DNA of 64,000 nucleotides from Patescibacteria group bacterium (GCA_023380635.1 JAMCRP010000001.1:247911-311910), one strand, 5' to 3'; numbered from the stretch's first letter, positions 19,474 through 28,320 are shown. A program made the numbers and translations. Notes: generated by a model not told the origin, from the sequence alone.

Positions 19474-20214
19474 CTATGATATTACCTTTTTTACCCGATA
19501 ACGTAAAGCATAATGCAAGAGATTTTTGGTATAGGACAAGGTCTTCATTTTTGATTGTCCTCCGAGACGGTCGAAGTAAACAATCGGCTGCTCGGCGACT
19601 TTAAAATTCGAACTTAAGGCTTCAAAAGCAAAGGCCGGAACAAGGAGCCAGCCGGTATGCATGGCTACTTTCGGCTTTAGAGCCAACCACACTTCTTTGG
19701 TAAACGCCCGGTACAAATTGGTAAATTCTTTCGATTTGCTGGTCCAGGCCAACAGCTGCAATATATTGTTGGCACTGAGGCTAAAAACCTTGCGCCACCA
19801 AGACCAGTTCATAATTTTTCCGCCCCGGCAATACCGGCTGCCAAGGACGATATCTGCCTTTTCCAATCTACGGATAAAGTCCGGAATCTGATCCGGATCG
19901 TTTGACAGATCTGCTTCCATAGTGATTAAAATATCCGCGCCCAATTTTTCCACGGCATAGTCTAGGCCCTTGGAAATACCCAGTCCCAGCTTTCCCGGTC
20001 CGGGAATTTTGCTGTCATAGTAGTGGACATTTTTATACTTTTCGGCCAGTTCTGAAGTTATGGCCGCGGTGTTGTCCGGAGAATGGCTGTCAGAAATAAG
20101 CACTTCCAAATGATATCCGGGAATTTTTTCCTGCTGTGCTAAGACCCGAGCCACAAAACTGCCAATGTTTGCCTCTTCGTTGAAAGTGGGAGCAACAACA
20201 ACAACTTTTTTCAT
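19474..20214 (-). CDS. GT2-family dolichol-phosphate mannosyltransferase-like glycosyltransferase
   Basis: VVVAPTFNEEANI...VLISDSHSPDNT...TMEADLSNDP is DPM1-like. Confidence 0.75.
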   Translation of the reverse strand: MKKVVVVAPTFNEEANIGSFVARVLAQQEKIPGYHLEVLISDSHSPDNTAAITSELAEKYKNVHYYDSKIPGPGKLGLGISKGLDYAVEKLGADILITMEADLSNDPDQIPDFIRRLEKADIVLGSRYCRGGKIMNWSWWRKVFSLSANNILQLLAWTSKSKEFTNLYRAFTKEVWLALKPKVAMHTGWLLVPAFAFEALSSNFKVAEQPIVYFDRLGGQSKMKTLSYTKNLLHYALRYRVKKVIS

Positions 20215-20957
20215 TCAGTCAGTCCTAATCTGTCGGCCCAAATAACAGCGATTACTTTCATTTGCTCGGTTACGGTATTCGTTGTCATTTTGCTGTCACC
20301 GCTGGTCCTTAGATCAAAATTAATGGGAATTTCTTTTATTTTTGCTCCTCGCTTTTTCATTTCGTAAAGCAATCTTTCTTTATAGGAAAATGAGTTTGAA
20401 AATACCTTTCCAAAATTAATGGAATCCAGGTAGCCTTTGACCCTGGCCAACCGGAAACCCGTGGTGAAATCATGAAGATCAAACATCAAGAGACTTATTC
20501 GATAAGTCAGGTTCCCAACCACGGAAAAAAATTTTCGGTCTATTCCCCATTCCTTTGGGATTGATCCGCCTGGAACATATCTTGAACCGATGACATAATC
20601 GTAACCTTTATCAAACTCCGCGACAAACCGCGGCACATAAATAGGATCATGTTGAAAGTCCGCATCCATTTCCATCACTGCGTCAGCCTTTAATTTATCA
20701 ATCGCGTATCTGAATCCCCGGGTATAGGCTGCTCCCAATCCAGCTTTCTCGCCTTCCAGAAGGAACAAGTTCTTATATTTCTTTTGTTTCTCGGCAACGA
20801 TTTTCCCCGTTCCGTCAGGAGATTTATCATCAATAACTAATAGAAGCATTTTGTGGTCTTTTATTTTTGGAAAAACTTTGCCGCACAATTCGTCGATCAT
20901 CCGGCCGATACTCTGGGCCTCATTATAAGTGGGCATGGCAATCACTATCGTGCTCAT
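20211..20957 (-). CDS. GT2-family dolichol-phosphate mannosyltransferase-like glycosyltransferase
   Basis: I chose the start MSTIVIAMPTYNE at 20957. The ORF-track start at 21053 would overlap trmD. Motifs: VIDDKSPDGT...MEMDADFQHDP. Confidence 0.75.
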   Translation of the reverse strand: MSTIVIAMPTYNEAQSIGRMIDELCGKVFPKIKDHKMLLLVIDDKSPDGTGKIVAEKQKKYKNLFLLEGEKAGLGAAYTRGFRYAIDKLKADAVMEMDADFQHDPIYVPRFVAEFDKGYDYVIGSRYVPGGSIPKEWGIDRKFFSVVGNLTYRISLLMFDLHDFTTGFRLARVKGYLDSINFGKVFSNSFSYKERLLYEMKKRGAKIKEIPINFDLRTSGDSKMTTNTVTEQMKVIAVIWADRLGLTE

Positions 20958-20996
20958 TGAATTGAGTATAGCAAGACAAAAGGCTAAAATACAGCT

Positions 20997-21665
20997 ATGA
21001 AGATCGATGTTCTCACTCTCTTTCCGCAAATGTTTTCCGGTCCGTTTGATCAAAGTATTGTGAAGCGGGCAAAGGATAAGGGACTGGTAAATATTGAGCT
21101 ACATGATCTACGCCGCTGGGCCATTGACGAGCGTGGCTCCGTTGACGACCGGCCATATGGCGGCGGTGTTGGCATGGTTCTCAGAATTGAGCCTATTTAT
21201 AACGCCATAGAAGACATTAAAAAGAGAAAAGGAAAAATTAGGATTGTGTTATTAGACGCCCGTGGCAATACTTTCTCTCAACCCAAAGCCAGGAGTTATT
21301 CAAAACTCGATCAACTTATCCTCATATGTGGTCATTACGAAGGAATAGACGAGAGAGTTAAGAAACTAGCCGACGAAAGTATTAGTATCGGTAATTATGT
21401 TTTAACCGGCGGCGAAATTCCGGCCATGGTCATTACTGATGCTGTGACCCGGCTGATCCCCGGGGTTTTAGAAAAACCAGAAGCTGTTCAAATAGAATCA
21501 TTTTCTAACCAGCAACCAGAATCTAGCGACCAGTATCTAGAATATCCGCAGTATACGCGCCCCGAAGAATTTAATGGTTGGAAAGTTCCGGAAGTCCTTC
21601 TTTCCGGCAACCACGCCGAAATTAAAAAATGGCGGGAGAAAATCAGGCCCGCAGGAGAAAAATAA
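20997..21665 (+). CDS. trmD: tRNA (guanine37-N1)-methyltransferase
   Basis: MKIDVLTLFPQMF...YGGGVGMV...ICGHYEGIDERV is canonical TrmD. Confidence 0.92.
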   Translation: MKIDVLTLFPQMFSGPFDQSIVKRAKDKGLVNIELHDLRRWAIDERGSVDDRPYGGGVGMVLRIEPIYNAIEDIKKRKGKIRIVLLDARGNTFSQPKARSYSKLDQLILICGHYEGIDERVKKLADESISIGNYVLTGGEIPAMVITDAVTRLIPGVLEKPEAVQIESFSNQQPESSDQYLEYPQYTRPEEFNGWKVPEVLLSGNHAEIKKWREKIRPAGEK

Positions 21666-21909
21666 TCAGGACAAAGGCTACCAGAGCAGCGATGGCAGTG
21701 TATTCCCCAATTACCTTCAAAGCCAGATTGCCTTCATGAAAATGATGTAACACTCCCCACAAAACATAAAGAACCGACAGCAAAATCACATCCGCGATTT
21801 GAGCGGCCAAATCGAAACGATAATAAATTAGTCCCGCTAGCCCCAAACCCACAATCAGAGCTAACAGCAGGAAATCGACACCGTGTCTGAGGGCAGAATG
21901 AACTTTCAT
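21643..21909 (-). CDS. small hypothetical membrane protein (3 TM)
   Basis: The 88-aa protein is hydrophobic. It overlaps the upstream CAP gene by 4 nt and is the last gene of the sipW operon. Confidence 0.4.
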   Translation of the reverse strand: MKVHSALRHGVDFLLLALIVGLGLAGLIYYRFDLAAQIADVILLSVLYVLWGVLHHFHEGNLALKVIGEYTAIAALVAFVLIIFLLRA

Positions 21910-22796
21910 AAGACGATGCCTCGGCCGATAAGATTAAGGGCAACTAACAAAGCTATAAGTAATACTAGATGCGCCAGATTGTGCCCGGAAAGCCGGACGG
22001 TTTTGCGCCGGTAAACCAGAGCACTATCCACTACCAAGACTCCGAGAAGCAGTACTGTCAAAGCCACAGAAACCGTCTTGGTTAATCCAAAAGCATCAAT
22101 TTTTGGCTGGCTATTTCCTGTTTCCGTGTTTAGAATCATTCCCGCCGGAGTGCTCTGTTTTGCTGATTCGCTGCTGGTTTCCTGGACTTGCGCCGGCACT
22201 GAAGTCTCTTCAACCGTTGGCGTCCGAGCCGACTGCGCCCCAAACATTTGCACGACAAGTGTCGTCTCGTAACCATTATATTTCCCGTTAACCACCGCAA
22301 AGCCGACATCGGCATAGCGGGAATTAAGCAGATTTTCCCGATGCGAGGGTGAATTCATCCAAGCATCAACGACACTTTTAGAATCGCCAAAATCCCTCGC
22401 CAAATTTTCTCCGGCAAAAAGATAGCTGTAGCCGGCGGCGGTAATAAACGACCAAGGGTCTTTTCCCTGCGGCGAAGTGTGGGCCCAATACTGGTTGGCA
22501 AACATGTCCGCGGCTTTTGCTTCTGCTGCTCTATTAAGCTGATCATTAAGTTTTAGCGGCATCTGCCCGGCGGCGACTCTCTGGTCGTTGGTGTATTTAA
22601 GAAGATCGGTAACGGTGATATTACTGGCATAACCCAAAACTCCCGGATTAAATTTGGCGACGCCGGTGAGAATGATCTGAAAAACCAGCAGCAAAACAAT
22701 GTAGGTCGTGACTGAAGAAACATGAAGTGCCTTAGCCTTGTGGTTATTACTCTGCCTCGGCGTTAAAAAATGCAGAAACGGTTCCAAAAGTCTCAT
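21906..22796 (-). CDS. CAP/SCP (PR-1/YkwD-like) domain protein with N- and C-terminal membrane anchors
   Basis: RAAEAKAADMFANQYWAHTSPQGKDPWSFITAAGYSY...GENLARDF...VDAWMNSPSHRENLLNSRYADVGFAV is the CAP-domain (PF00188) signature. Confidence 0.75.
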   Translation of the reverse strand: MRLLEPFLHFLTPRQSNNHKAKALHVSSVTTYIVLLLVFQIILTGVAKFNPGVLGYASNITVTDLLKYTNDQRVAAGQMPLKLNDQLNRAAEAKAADMFANQYWAHTSPQGKDPWSFITAAGYSYLFAGENLARDFGDSKSVVDAWMNSPSHRENLLNSRYADVGFAVVNGKYNGYETTLVVQMFGAQSARTPTVEETSVPAQVQETSSESAKQSTPAGMILNTETGNSQPKIDAFGLTKTVSVALTVLLLGVLVVDSALVYRRKTVRLSGHNLAHLVLLIALLVALNLIGRGIVL

Positions 22797-23537
22797 CTAC
22801 CCATTGTAAGACCTTTTTTGCCGGCGGTGCAACCAGATAAAAATCAGGAGGGCCAAAAACAAAAGAATTAGCAGCCATAACCACCAGTTGCTGTCGGTCT
22901 TATTATCCGCGTAGCCTAAAATCTCCGGCTGCAAGGCGGGACTGCCGGCCAGAGTGGCCGATCCCGAACCAAGATTGTCTTCGCTTCCCAAAATCTCCCC
23001 GGAGTACCCCCCCGAGGATTGGTTACTACTGGTAGCGGACAAAACCACCTGGCTGGAAGTTCCGGCAAAACCAATGACCAGATCAAAACTGGCTGATTTT
23101 CCCTGAAGCTCGTTACCCGGCTCCGGAGCCATTCGCACTTCCATATCAAAATTAGCTGTTTCGGCGCCATTCAAATTGTAAAGGTTTATCTGCCCGTCAT
23201 CCCAAAACTGCTTCATAGTTTTTGCCGGGTTATCACCATATTGCACCACCCCGTTACTTAGAAACTTCACAAAAAATTTGTCCGCTATATTTTCAGACTG
23301 AGAAGTATTAATTGCTTGGACAGATAAAGTATGCCCGGTATTGCCCAAATTTTTAACACTAAAAGATCTTGTCATCGAGATTCCCGGCGCCCAAACTGCC
23401 CCGGAAGGAAACAGCGGACTGTCAGCAGTCACCTGAAGGTCGCCGGAAGTCATCGTGGCAGCTTGGACCGCGCCAGCCCTCAGTCCCGAGAAAACTATCA
23501 GAAGAATAAATATCAATAGACTGCGGCGAAAGTTCAT
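22797..23537 (-). CDS. TasA/camelysin-like secreted protein with C-terminal TM anchor
   Basis: Signal peptide. It has a TasA-like core and shares the C-terminal motif KSASFDLVIGFAGT with the clear TasA homolog at 26517..27101 (GQSASFDLQFFAEQ). The C-terminus WLWLLILLFLALLIFIWLHRRQKR is a TM followed by a basic tail. Confidence 0.55.
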   Translation of the reverse strand: MNFRRSLLIFILLIVFSGLRAGAVQAATMTSGDLQVTADSPLFPSGAVWAPGISMTRSFSVKNLGNTGHTLSVQAINTSQSENIADKFFVKFLSNGVVQYGDNPAKTMKQFWDDGQINLYNLNGAETANFDMEVRMAPEPGNELQGKSASFDLVIGFAGTSSQVVLSATSSNQSSGGYSGEILGSEDNLGSGSATLAGSPALQPEILGYADNKTDSNWWLWLLILLFLALLIFIWLHRRQKRSYNG

Positions 23538-25960
23538 GGTAGTTCTTTTGTCAGCAGGACAGACGAGTTGTCCGGCCTAAATAGCCAGACCTGAAGTTTA
23601 AAATTATGCGGGTTAGTATAGTAAGTACAAACTATCCCTTCGGTCGAACAGGTTGCCAGCTTAATACCGTCTTTCGTAAAAGGATCTTCTCCGGTCAGAT
23701 TGACATTATTGCCCACCACCCCATCAGAAACGGTATCCGTATCGTAGTTTAACTGGTAATTAAATTTGTCGAAAGAACTGATATTTTTCAAGGTAAAGGA
23801 TACCGTTTTCTGATCGTCGGCCATAACCAGGTCCAAAGTTGGCATCGCTGCTTCAGTGGCCGCAATTTCCGCGCTTTCCGTCGCCGGGATAATTTCAGAC
23901 TTTAACTCCTGTTCCGCCCGGTTAGGCGCCCCTGGTGTTCCCCGGTCGTCGGCGGTTCCTTTAAAGTACAAAGCGGTTGTTGCGGGATCGGTATCGGTAT
24001 ACCAGGAAAGCGGCTTTGACCCGTCACCCACTGTGGCCACTCTTTCCATCGCGTAATGTTTGTTCCCATCATGCAAACCTTCTCCCGGAGTTGTCCCATT
24101 CCAAGCCTGATCAATCAAATTATTTTCGTCGGCTGTTTCTACCAGTTTAATTTCCAAGTTGTTATTAGACAAAGATATGCCCGGCGCAACCAGGTTCACA
24201 TGAACACTGCTGTTAAGATCAGACTTGCTGTCTCCCGAATTGTAATGAGAAATCAAAAAGTATCCCTTAGCCGCAATTGTTTGTCCCGAAAGGCTTATGG
24301 GCATGTCCTTAAACATATTATCGTTTTGGTTCCAAGCCATTAGCTTCAAAGCACTCATATCGATAGCCCGGTCGGTAGTATTGCGCAGTTCGATATATTC
24401 ATCGGCTGATCCTGTCGCCGTTCCCATCCACATTAATTCATTAATCACGATGTCCCCTTCGTTTATTTCTGTTGGGGGATCAGCCAAAGGAGTTCTGACT
24501 GGAATAGTTGTATAGGCAATCTCCGACCAATTCGGCGCTTCATCGGCAGCTCTAACCGCGAAATAATAATCCGTGTCCGGTGTCAAGCCGTCGACATGAA
24601 TACTTTCTGTCGATCCCGGATCGAGAGGCTGTTTTGGCTGTACCATTCTATTGGCCGCGTCAAAGCTGCTTTCATTAGTAATGGGGCTTGTGGAGTAGCG
24701 AATATCATATTGGGCCGCCGGACCGGAGGACCAATCGTTGCCATCATTGGCCGGAGCGGTCCAGTGCAAAGTAGCCATGTTCGGATAGGCCGGCTCCGCG
24801 GTTAAGTCAGTAATTTTTGCCGGTGCGGTTACATCAGTAATCACGACTAATTCGTTTATTGCCGAACTGTTGCCACTGTGATCCGTGCAGGAGTAATTGA
24901 CATGGTGGGTCCCGCCCGTCGCGATACTAAAGCTGTTGCCGTTTTGCCAAACCCCGTCATCCACCTGATACCGGCAGCTTGCTTCCTCCGAAGAGCTAAT
25001 GGTGTACACCGCGTGCGCCGGAACGGCCACATAATAAGTACTCACCTTTTTGATGTACGCCCAAGACTGGTAAGTGCGGTCCAAAGCATTTCCGGCATAA
25101 AGCGCCAGGTCAATGTTTGGCCCTCTAAAAGAACTCAGGTCATATTTAAATGTTTGCCAGCTCGAGCCAGCCACGCTGCTGTCCAGCCCTAAAACCTCCC
25201 GGCCATTAAGCCGGATCAAGAAACCGGGATCGTCACCATAGTCGTCACTCTTGAAGTTGTAATCCAAAGCCAAGGTCTTCGCCCCCGCCGGAAACGACTG
25301 CATCAGCCGGTTTTCCCAGACAAAATTTCCCAAATATTCCGGATCGCTGTTATCAGAGCCTATTTTTACCACTTTCTGCCCGTCAATAGTCGTCAGGCTG
25401 ACATCACCCGTCGTTGTCCAGCCGCTTAAATCATCCTTAAAATCGCCATTAACGATTTTTTCTTCCACCAGTTTTGACCAGGAACCGGAAATAGAAAGCG
25501 AAACCGTGGGAGCCACCCGATCAATGGTTAACTTCCAAAGCGGCCCGAAATCACTTTCGTTATCGAAATTATCTTTGGTTTTAACATGCCAATAATAGGT
25601 TCCATCTTTCAAACCCGACTGGGAAATCTGCGGCTCTGTCAACCAGCCCGAGCGATACACCAGATCAGTCATGCCGGCATCACGATAAATCTCAAACTGA
25701 TAGGAAATCGCCGTCACCCCCGGACAGGAACCGGTCACCGTGTTCCAGCTAAACACCGGATTAAGATCCCAAATTGCTCCCACAGAGAAACCGTCCGCCG
25801 GCGCGGGCCAAAACGGAAACGAAGGCGAGTTCCAACAGGCCATAGAAAAGTTCATTCCTTCTACCTTCGCTTCGCTGGTAAAGTAGGAGTTTGTCCCTTC
25901 TGTCTTGAGTAAGTTCAACAACAGAACCAGAAGTAGGATTTTAATTACTATCCTTCTCAT
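23534..25960 (-). CDS. large secreted protein with SipW-cognate-class signal peptide, FN3-like repeats and a lamin-tail domain (LTD)
   Basis: The N-terminus LLKTEGTNSYFTSEAKVEGMNFS matches the TasA-type SipW-cognate signal (GTxAYFxD). The internal GDIVINELMWMGTATGSADEYIELRNTTDRAIDMSALKL is an LTD (PF00932)-like motif. The protein is 808 aa. Confidence 0.6.
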   Translation of the reverse strand: MRRIVIKILLLVLLLNLLKTEGTNSYFTSEAKVEGMNFSMACWNSPSFPFWPAPADGFSVGAIWDLNPVFSWNTVTGSCPGVTAISYQFEIYRDAGMTDLVYRSGWLTEPQISQSGLKDGTYYWHVKTKDNFDNESDFGPLWKLTIDRVAPTVSLSISGSWSKLVEEKIVNGDFKDDLSGWTTTGDVSLTTIDGQKVVKIGSDNSDPEYLGNFVWENRLMQSFPAGAKTLALDYNFKSDDYGDDPGFLIRLNGREVLGLDSSVAGSSWQTFKYDLSSFRGPNIDLALYAGNALDRTYQSWAYIKKVSTYYVAVPAHAVYTISSSEEASCRYQVDDGVWQNGNSFSIATGGTHHVNYSCTDHSGNSSAINELVVITDVTAPAKITDLTAEPAYPNMATLHWTAPANDGNDWSSGPAAQYDIRYSTSPITNESSFDAANRMVQPKQPLDPGSTESIHVDGLTPDTDYYFAVRAADEAPNWSEIAYTTIPVRTPLADPPTEINEGDIVINELMWMGTATGSADEYIELRNTTDRAIDMSALKLMAWNQNDNMFKDMPISLSGQTIAAKGYFLISHYNSGDSKSDLNSSVHVNLVAPGISLSNNNLEIKLVETADENNLIDQAWNGTTPGEGLHDGNKHYAMERVATVGDGSKPLSWYTDTDPATTALYFKGTADDRGTPGAPNRAEQELKSEIIPATESAEIAATEAAMPTLDLVMADDQKTVSFTLKNISSFDKFNYQLNYDTDTVSDGVVGNNVNLTGEDPFTKDGIKLATCSTEGIVCTYYTNPHNFKLQVWLFRPDNSSVLLTKELP

Positions 25961-26462
25961 TTCGTTTTTCCTGAATTAACCTTTTCACTTCATTTTTAAT
26001 ATTCAATAATTCGCTATAAACAATGACTGTCCCCGGAATAACAATTAAAATAATTAGCCCGGTTAAAGTTTGGGCAAATGAAACCGGGAAACCTAATAAG
26101 GGAACAGAAAATATAACTTTTCCGATAACATAACTCCTGAAAATCAGATCTTGATCGGGAGCATCATTCGCATCTCCTTTAACCCGATAATACTCGGAGC
26201 TTCCCTGCATTCCCGTTTCCACAATTCGATGGGTGACGGTAAATTTGTTTCCTGGAATCCTTGCCGTAATAACATCACCAATAGAATAATTTTTTTCTTC
26301 TTTATCTAATATCAATGATCCTTTGGGAATCTTTGGCGACATGCTGCCGGAATTAACCGTAAAGAATTTGTATTTTCCGGTAACAGGCAAAGACGGCGAC
26401 GCGGCAAAAAATGCCAGAATTATAATTCCAGCAATTAGAAAATAAAGCGCAATGTTTCTCAT
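25941..26462 (-). CDS. sipW: signal peptidase I, SipW-type (S26B, archaeal/eukaryal-like)
   Basis: N-terminal TM. The catalytic-Ser motif FTVNSGSMSPKIPKGSLIL matches B. subtilis SipW VVSGSMEP. It is about 173 aa with a C-terminal TM. Confidence 0.8.
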   Translation of the reverse strand: MRNIALYFLIAGIIILAFFAASPSLPVTGKYKFFTVNSGSMSPKIPKGSLILDKEEKNYSIGDVITARIPGNKFTVTHRIVETGMQGSSEYYRVKGDANDAPDQDLIFRSYVIGKVIFSVPLLGFPVSFAQTLTGLIILIVIPGTVIVYSELLNIKNEVKRLIQEKRNEKDSN

Positions 26463-26516
26463 ATCTTTCCCTTAATGGATTGCCTCTCGGGCGAGAGGCA
26501 ATCGGAAAAGGAACGA

Positions 26517-27101
26517 TTAGAAATACGACGAACCAGTGTGAGATTGCTCCGCAAAAAATTGCAGGTCAAAACTTGCCGATTGGCCCTGGTAATTATTATC
26601 CACTGTTGTGGGAACTTTGAAATCCAAAATTATAGTGTCGTTTTTTCCAGGCGCCAAAACATGCGCTGCAGTTGCATCTCGATATACTGCCGTTCCTAAA
26701 ATATCAACGTTATTAAGCCATGTGGATACGGGCTGGCCGTTTCCCCAATCAGGCGTATAAATTCCTTGATCAGAACCCTCAACCTGACCATAAACCGTGA
26801 CTCTTAGTACCCCCAATAAATTAGGATTGGTCTGATTAATAGCACTTACTCTAAGAGAAGCGATGTCTAAAGTTCCACTATTACCTAGCGTAACCCATTT
26901 TCGAACCATGTCTCCGGGCTTAAGATTGGGAAAACTTACATGAGTTGTCCAGCTAGCGGAATTATTGCTTAGCTTCAGTGTTCCGGTCGCAAAGCTCATC
27001 CCGCTTATTGTCGAAGTGTCATTAAAATAGGCAGCAGTAGAACCAGCGACTGCGGCCGTAAGCGCCAAACAAATTAGTAAGCTTAAAATAATTCTCCTCA
27101 T
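26517..27101 (-). CDS. tasA: TasA/camelysin-family (Peptidase_M73-like) secreted protein
   Basis: AGSTAAYFNDTSTISGMSFATGTLKLSNNSASWTTHVSFPNLKPGDMV aligns closely with B. subtilis TasA GGTWAAFNDIKSKDATFASGTLDLSAKENSASVNLSNLKPGDKL. A strong SD (AGGAGGTG) lies 6 nt upstream. Confidence 0.8.
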   Translation of the reverse strand: MRRIILSLLICLALTAAVAGSTAAYFNDTSTISGMSFATGTLKLSNNSASWTTHVSFPNLKPGDMVRKWVTLGNSGTLDIASLRVSAINQTNPNLLGVLRVTVYGQVEGSDQGIYTPDWGNGQPVSTWLNNVDILGTAVYRDATAAHVLAPGKNDTIILDFKVPTTVDNNYQGQSASFDLQFFAEQSHTGSSYF

Positions 27102-27129
27102 AATTCACCTCCTTCTAGATGATTTTTTT

Positions 27130-27165
27130 CCAAAAAAAATGGCCAGACTTACAAAGAAGCTGGCC
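27130..27165 (-). terminator. putative rho-independent terminator (or attenuator) on minus strand between 27263..27598 gene and tasA-like gene
   Basis: On the minus strand, GGCCAGCTTCTTTGTAAGTCTGGCC forms a 6-bp GC stem (GGCCAG/CTGGCC) with a 13-nt loop, followed by ATTTTTTTTGG. Confidence 0.5.
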
Positions 27166-27262
27166 TAACCGTATTTTTCTGAGACAAAATCGCCCTCTCT
27201 CATCACTGACAGGCAGTACCTTGAGGATATAGCCTCTTATATAGGATTGTCAAGGGGAAGAT

Positions 27263-27598
27263 TTATTGGGGTTTATGGGCGAGAGCTAGCGAAGAAAGTC
27301 CGGAAACGAGAACTAAGCCCATAACAAGATAACCAAAATCTTCCGGACCGGTGGATGGAATAGCGGAAACAGTGGAAGTTTTACTGCCGCCATTATTCAG
27401 TAAAGATGACGGTGTGGCTGACTCAGTGTTTTCTTCCGGCGGGGTACTGGTGACAACCGGCGGTTTCGGAGTGAGAAATCTTTCGCGGATGCGTTCGCCT
27501 GTCCAGCGGGCCAAAAGCACGACCAAGACCAAAAGAATGATGCCGACAATGATCGCTGCTGCCTGACGGGCTCTCTCTTCCATAACCGCAATATACAC
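27263..27598 (-). CDS. hypothetical small surface protein: N-terminal TM, Ser/Thr/Pro-rich linker, C-terminal LPXTG-like sorting signal
   Basis: The C-terminus is IPSTGPEDFGYLVMGLVLVSGLSSLALAHKPQ, that is, an IPxTG motif, a hydrophobic stretch and a basic tail. No sortase is present in the window. Confidence 0.4.
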   Translation of the reverse strand: MYIAVMEERARQAAAIIVGIILLVLVVLLARWTGERIRERFLTPKPPVVTSTPPEENTESATPSSLLNNGGSKTSTVSAIPSTGPEDFGYLVMGLVLVSGLSSLALAHKPQ

Positions 27599-27614
27599 TA
27601 CAGGCTGTTTTTTG

Positions 27615-27893
27615 TCAATTGTATTTCGGCGTGCCCTTCACCGGAATTCCCAAAGCAAAGCCCAAAGCATTGGCAATCGCCGCTCCCACCCGCAAACCAG
27701 TGAAGCTTCCCGGGCCAGGATTAATCTCTATGACTGTAATATCTTTCAGGGTTTTACCTTGCTCTTTAAGAAGTTCTTCAATCATTGGCAACACCACCTG
27801 CGACCGCCAGACCGAGGAATCCCGAACAAGTTCCCGCCGGCCAACTTTTACGGTTGTTTTTTGGTTAGAAGCGGTATCAATATAAAGCTTCAT
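27615..27893 (-). CDS. tsaB: TsaB-like (inactive Kae1/YeaZ homolog), short single-domain form
   Basis: MKLYIDTAS...VIEINPGPGSFTGLRVGAAIANALGFALGIPV matches the TsaB N-terminal domain. It lies downstream of tsaE. Confidence 0.6.
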   Translation of the reverse strand: MKLYIDTASNQKTTVKVGRRELVRDSSVWRSQVVLPMIEELLKEQGKTLKDITVIEINPGPGSFTGLRVGAAIANALGFALGIPVKGTPKYN

Positions 27894-27912
27894 GCTTACT
27901 CCTTGCTGCTTG

Positions 27913-28320
27913 CTACGTACTACTCATCTCTATCTCTCTTTGCGTTTCACCAATAATGCTGATTTTCACTTCCCAATAGTGTTTCGGCAGCGCATTTTTG
28001 ATTATCTCCGGCCATTCAATAACCACAATATTTTTCGGATCAGCCAGAATTTCCCGAATACCGATAGCCTCTGCCTCTTCCTTATTTTGCAACCGGTATA
28101 AGTCGATATGCCAGAAGTGGTTATATTTCCTGGCAATAATAAACGTCGGGCTGGATATCCGCCTTCTTATTCCTAACCCTTGGGCAAGACCCTGGACAAG
28201 GGTAGTTTTACCCGCCCCCAACTCTCCGATCAAACAAACTACTCCGCCATCTTTGACTTTAGCGGCCAGCTTTTTTCCGAAACTTTTTGTTTGGGCAGCG
28301 GTTTTAGTTACTGATTTCAT
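27913..28320 (-). CDS. tsaE: tRNA threonylcarbamoyladenosine biosynthesis ATPase TsaE
   Basis: VVCLIGELGAGKTTLVQGLAQGLG...SPTF is a P-loop with YjeE motifs. I chose the start MKSVTKT at 28320. The ORF-track N-terminal extension overlaps dac. Confidence 0.75.
   Translation of the reverse strand: MKSVTKTAAQTKSFGKKLAAKVKDGGVVCLIGELGAGKTTLVQGLAQGLGIRRRISSPTFIIARKYNHFWHIDLYRLQNKEEAEAIGIREILADPKNIVVIEWPEIIKNALPKHYWEVKISIIGETQREIEMSST

Noticed and set aside
27612-27956. 114-aa plus-strand ORF
   Set aside because: It is antisense to tsaB and the tsaE 3' end.
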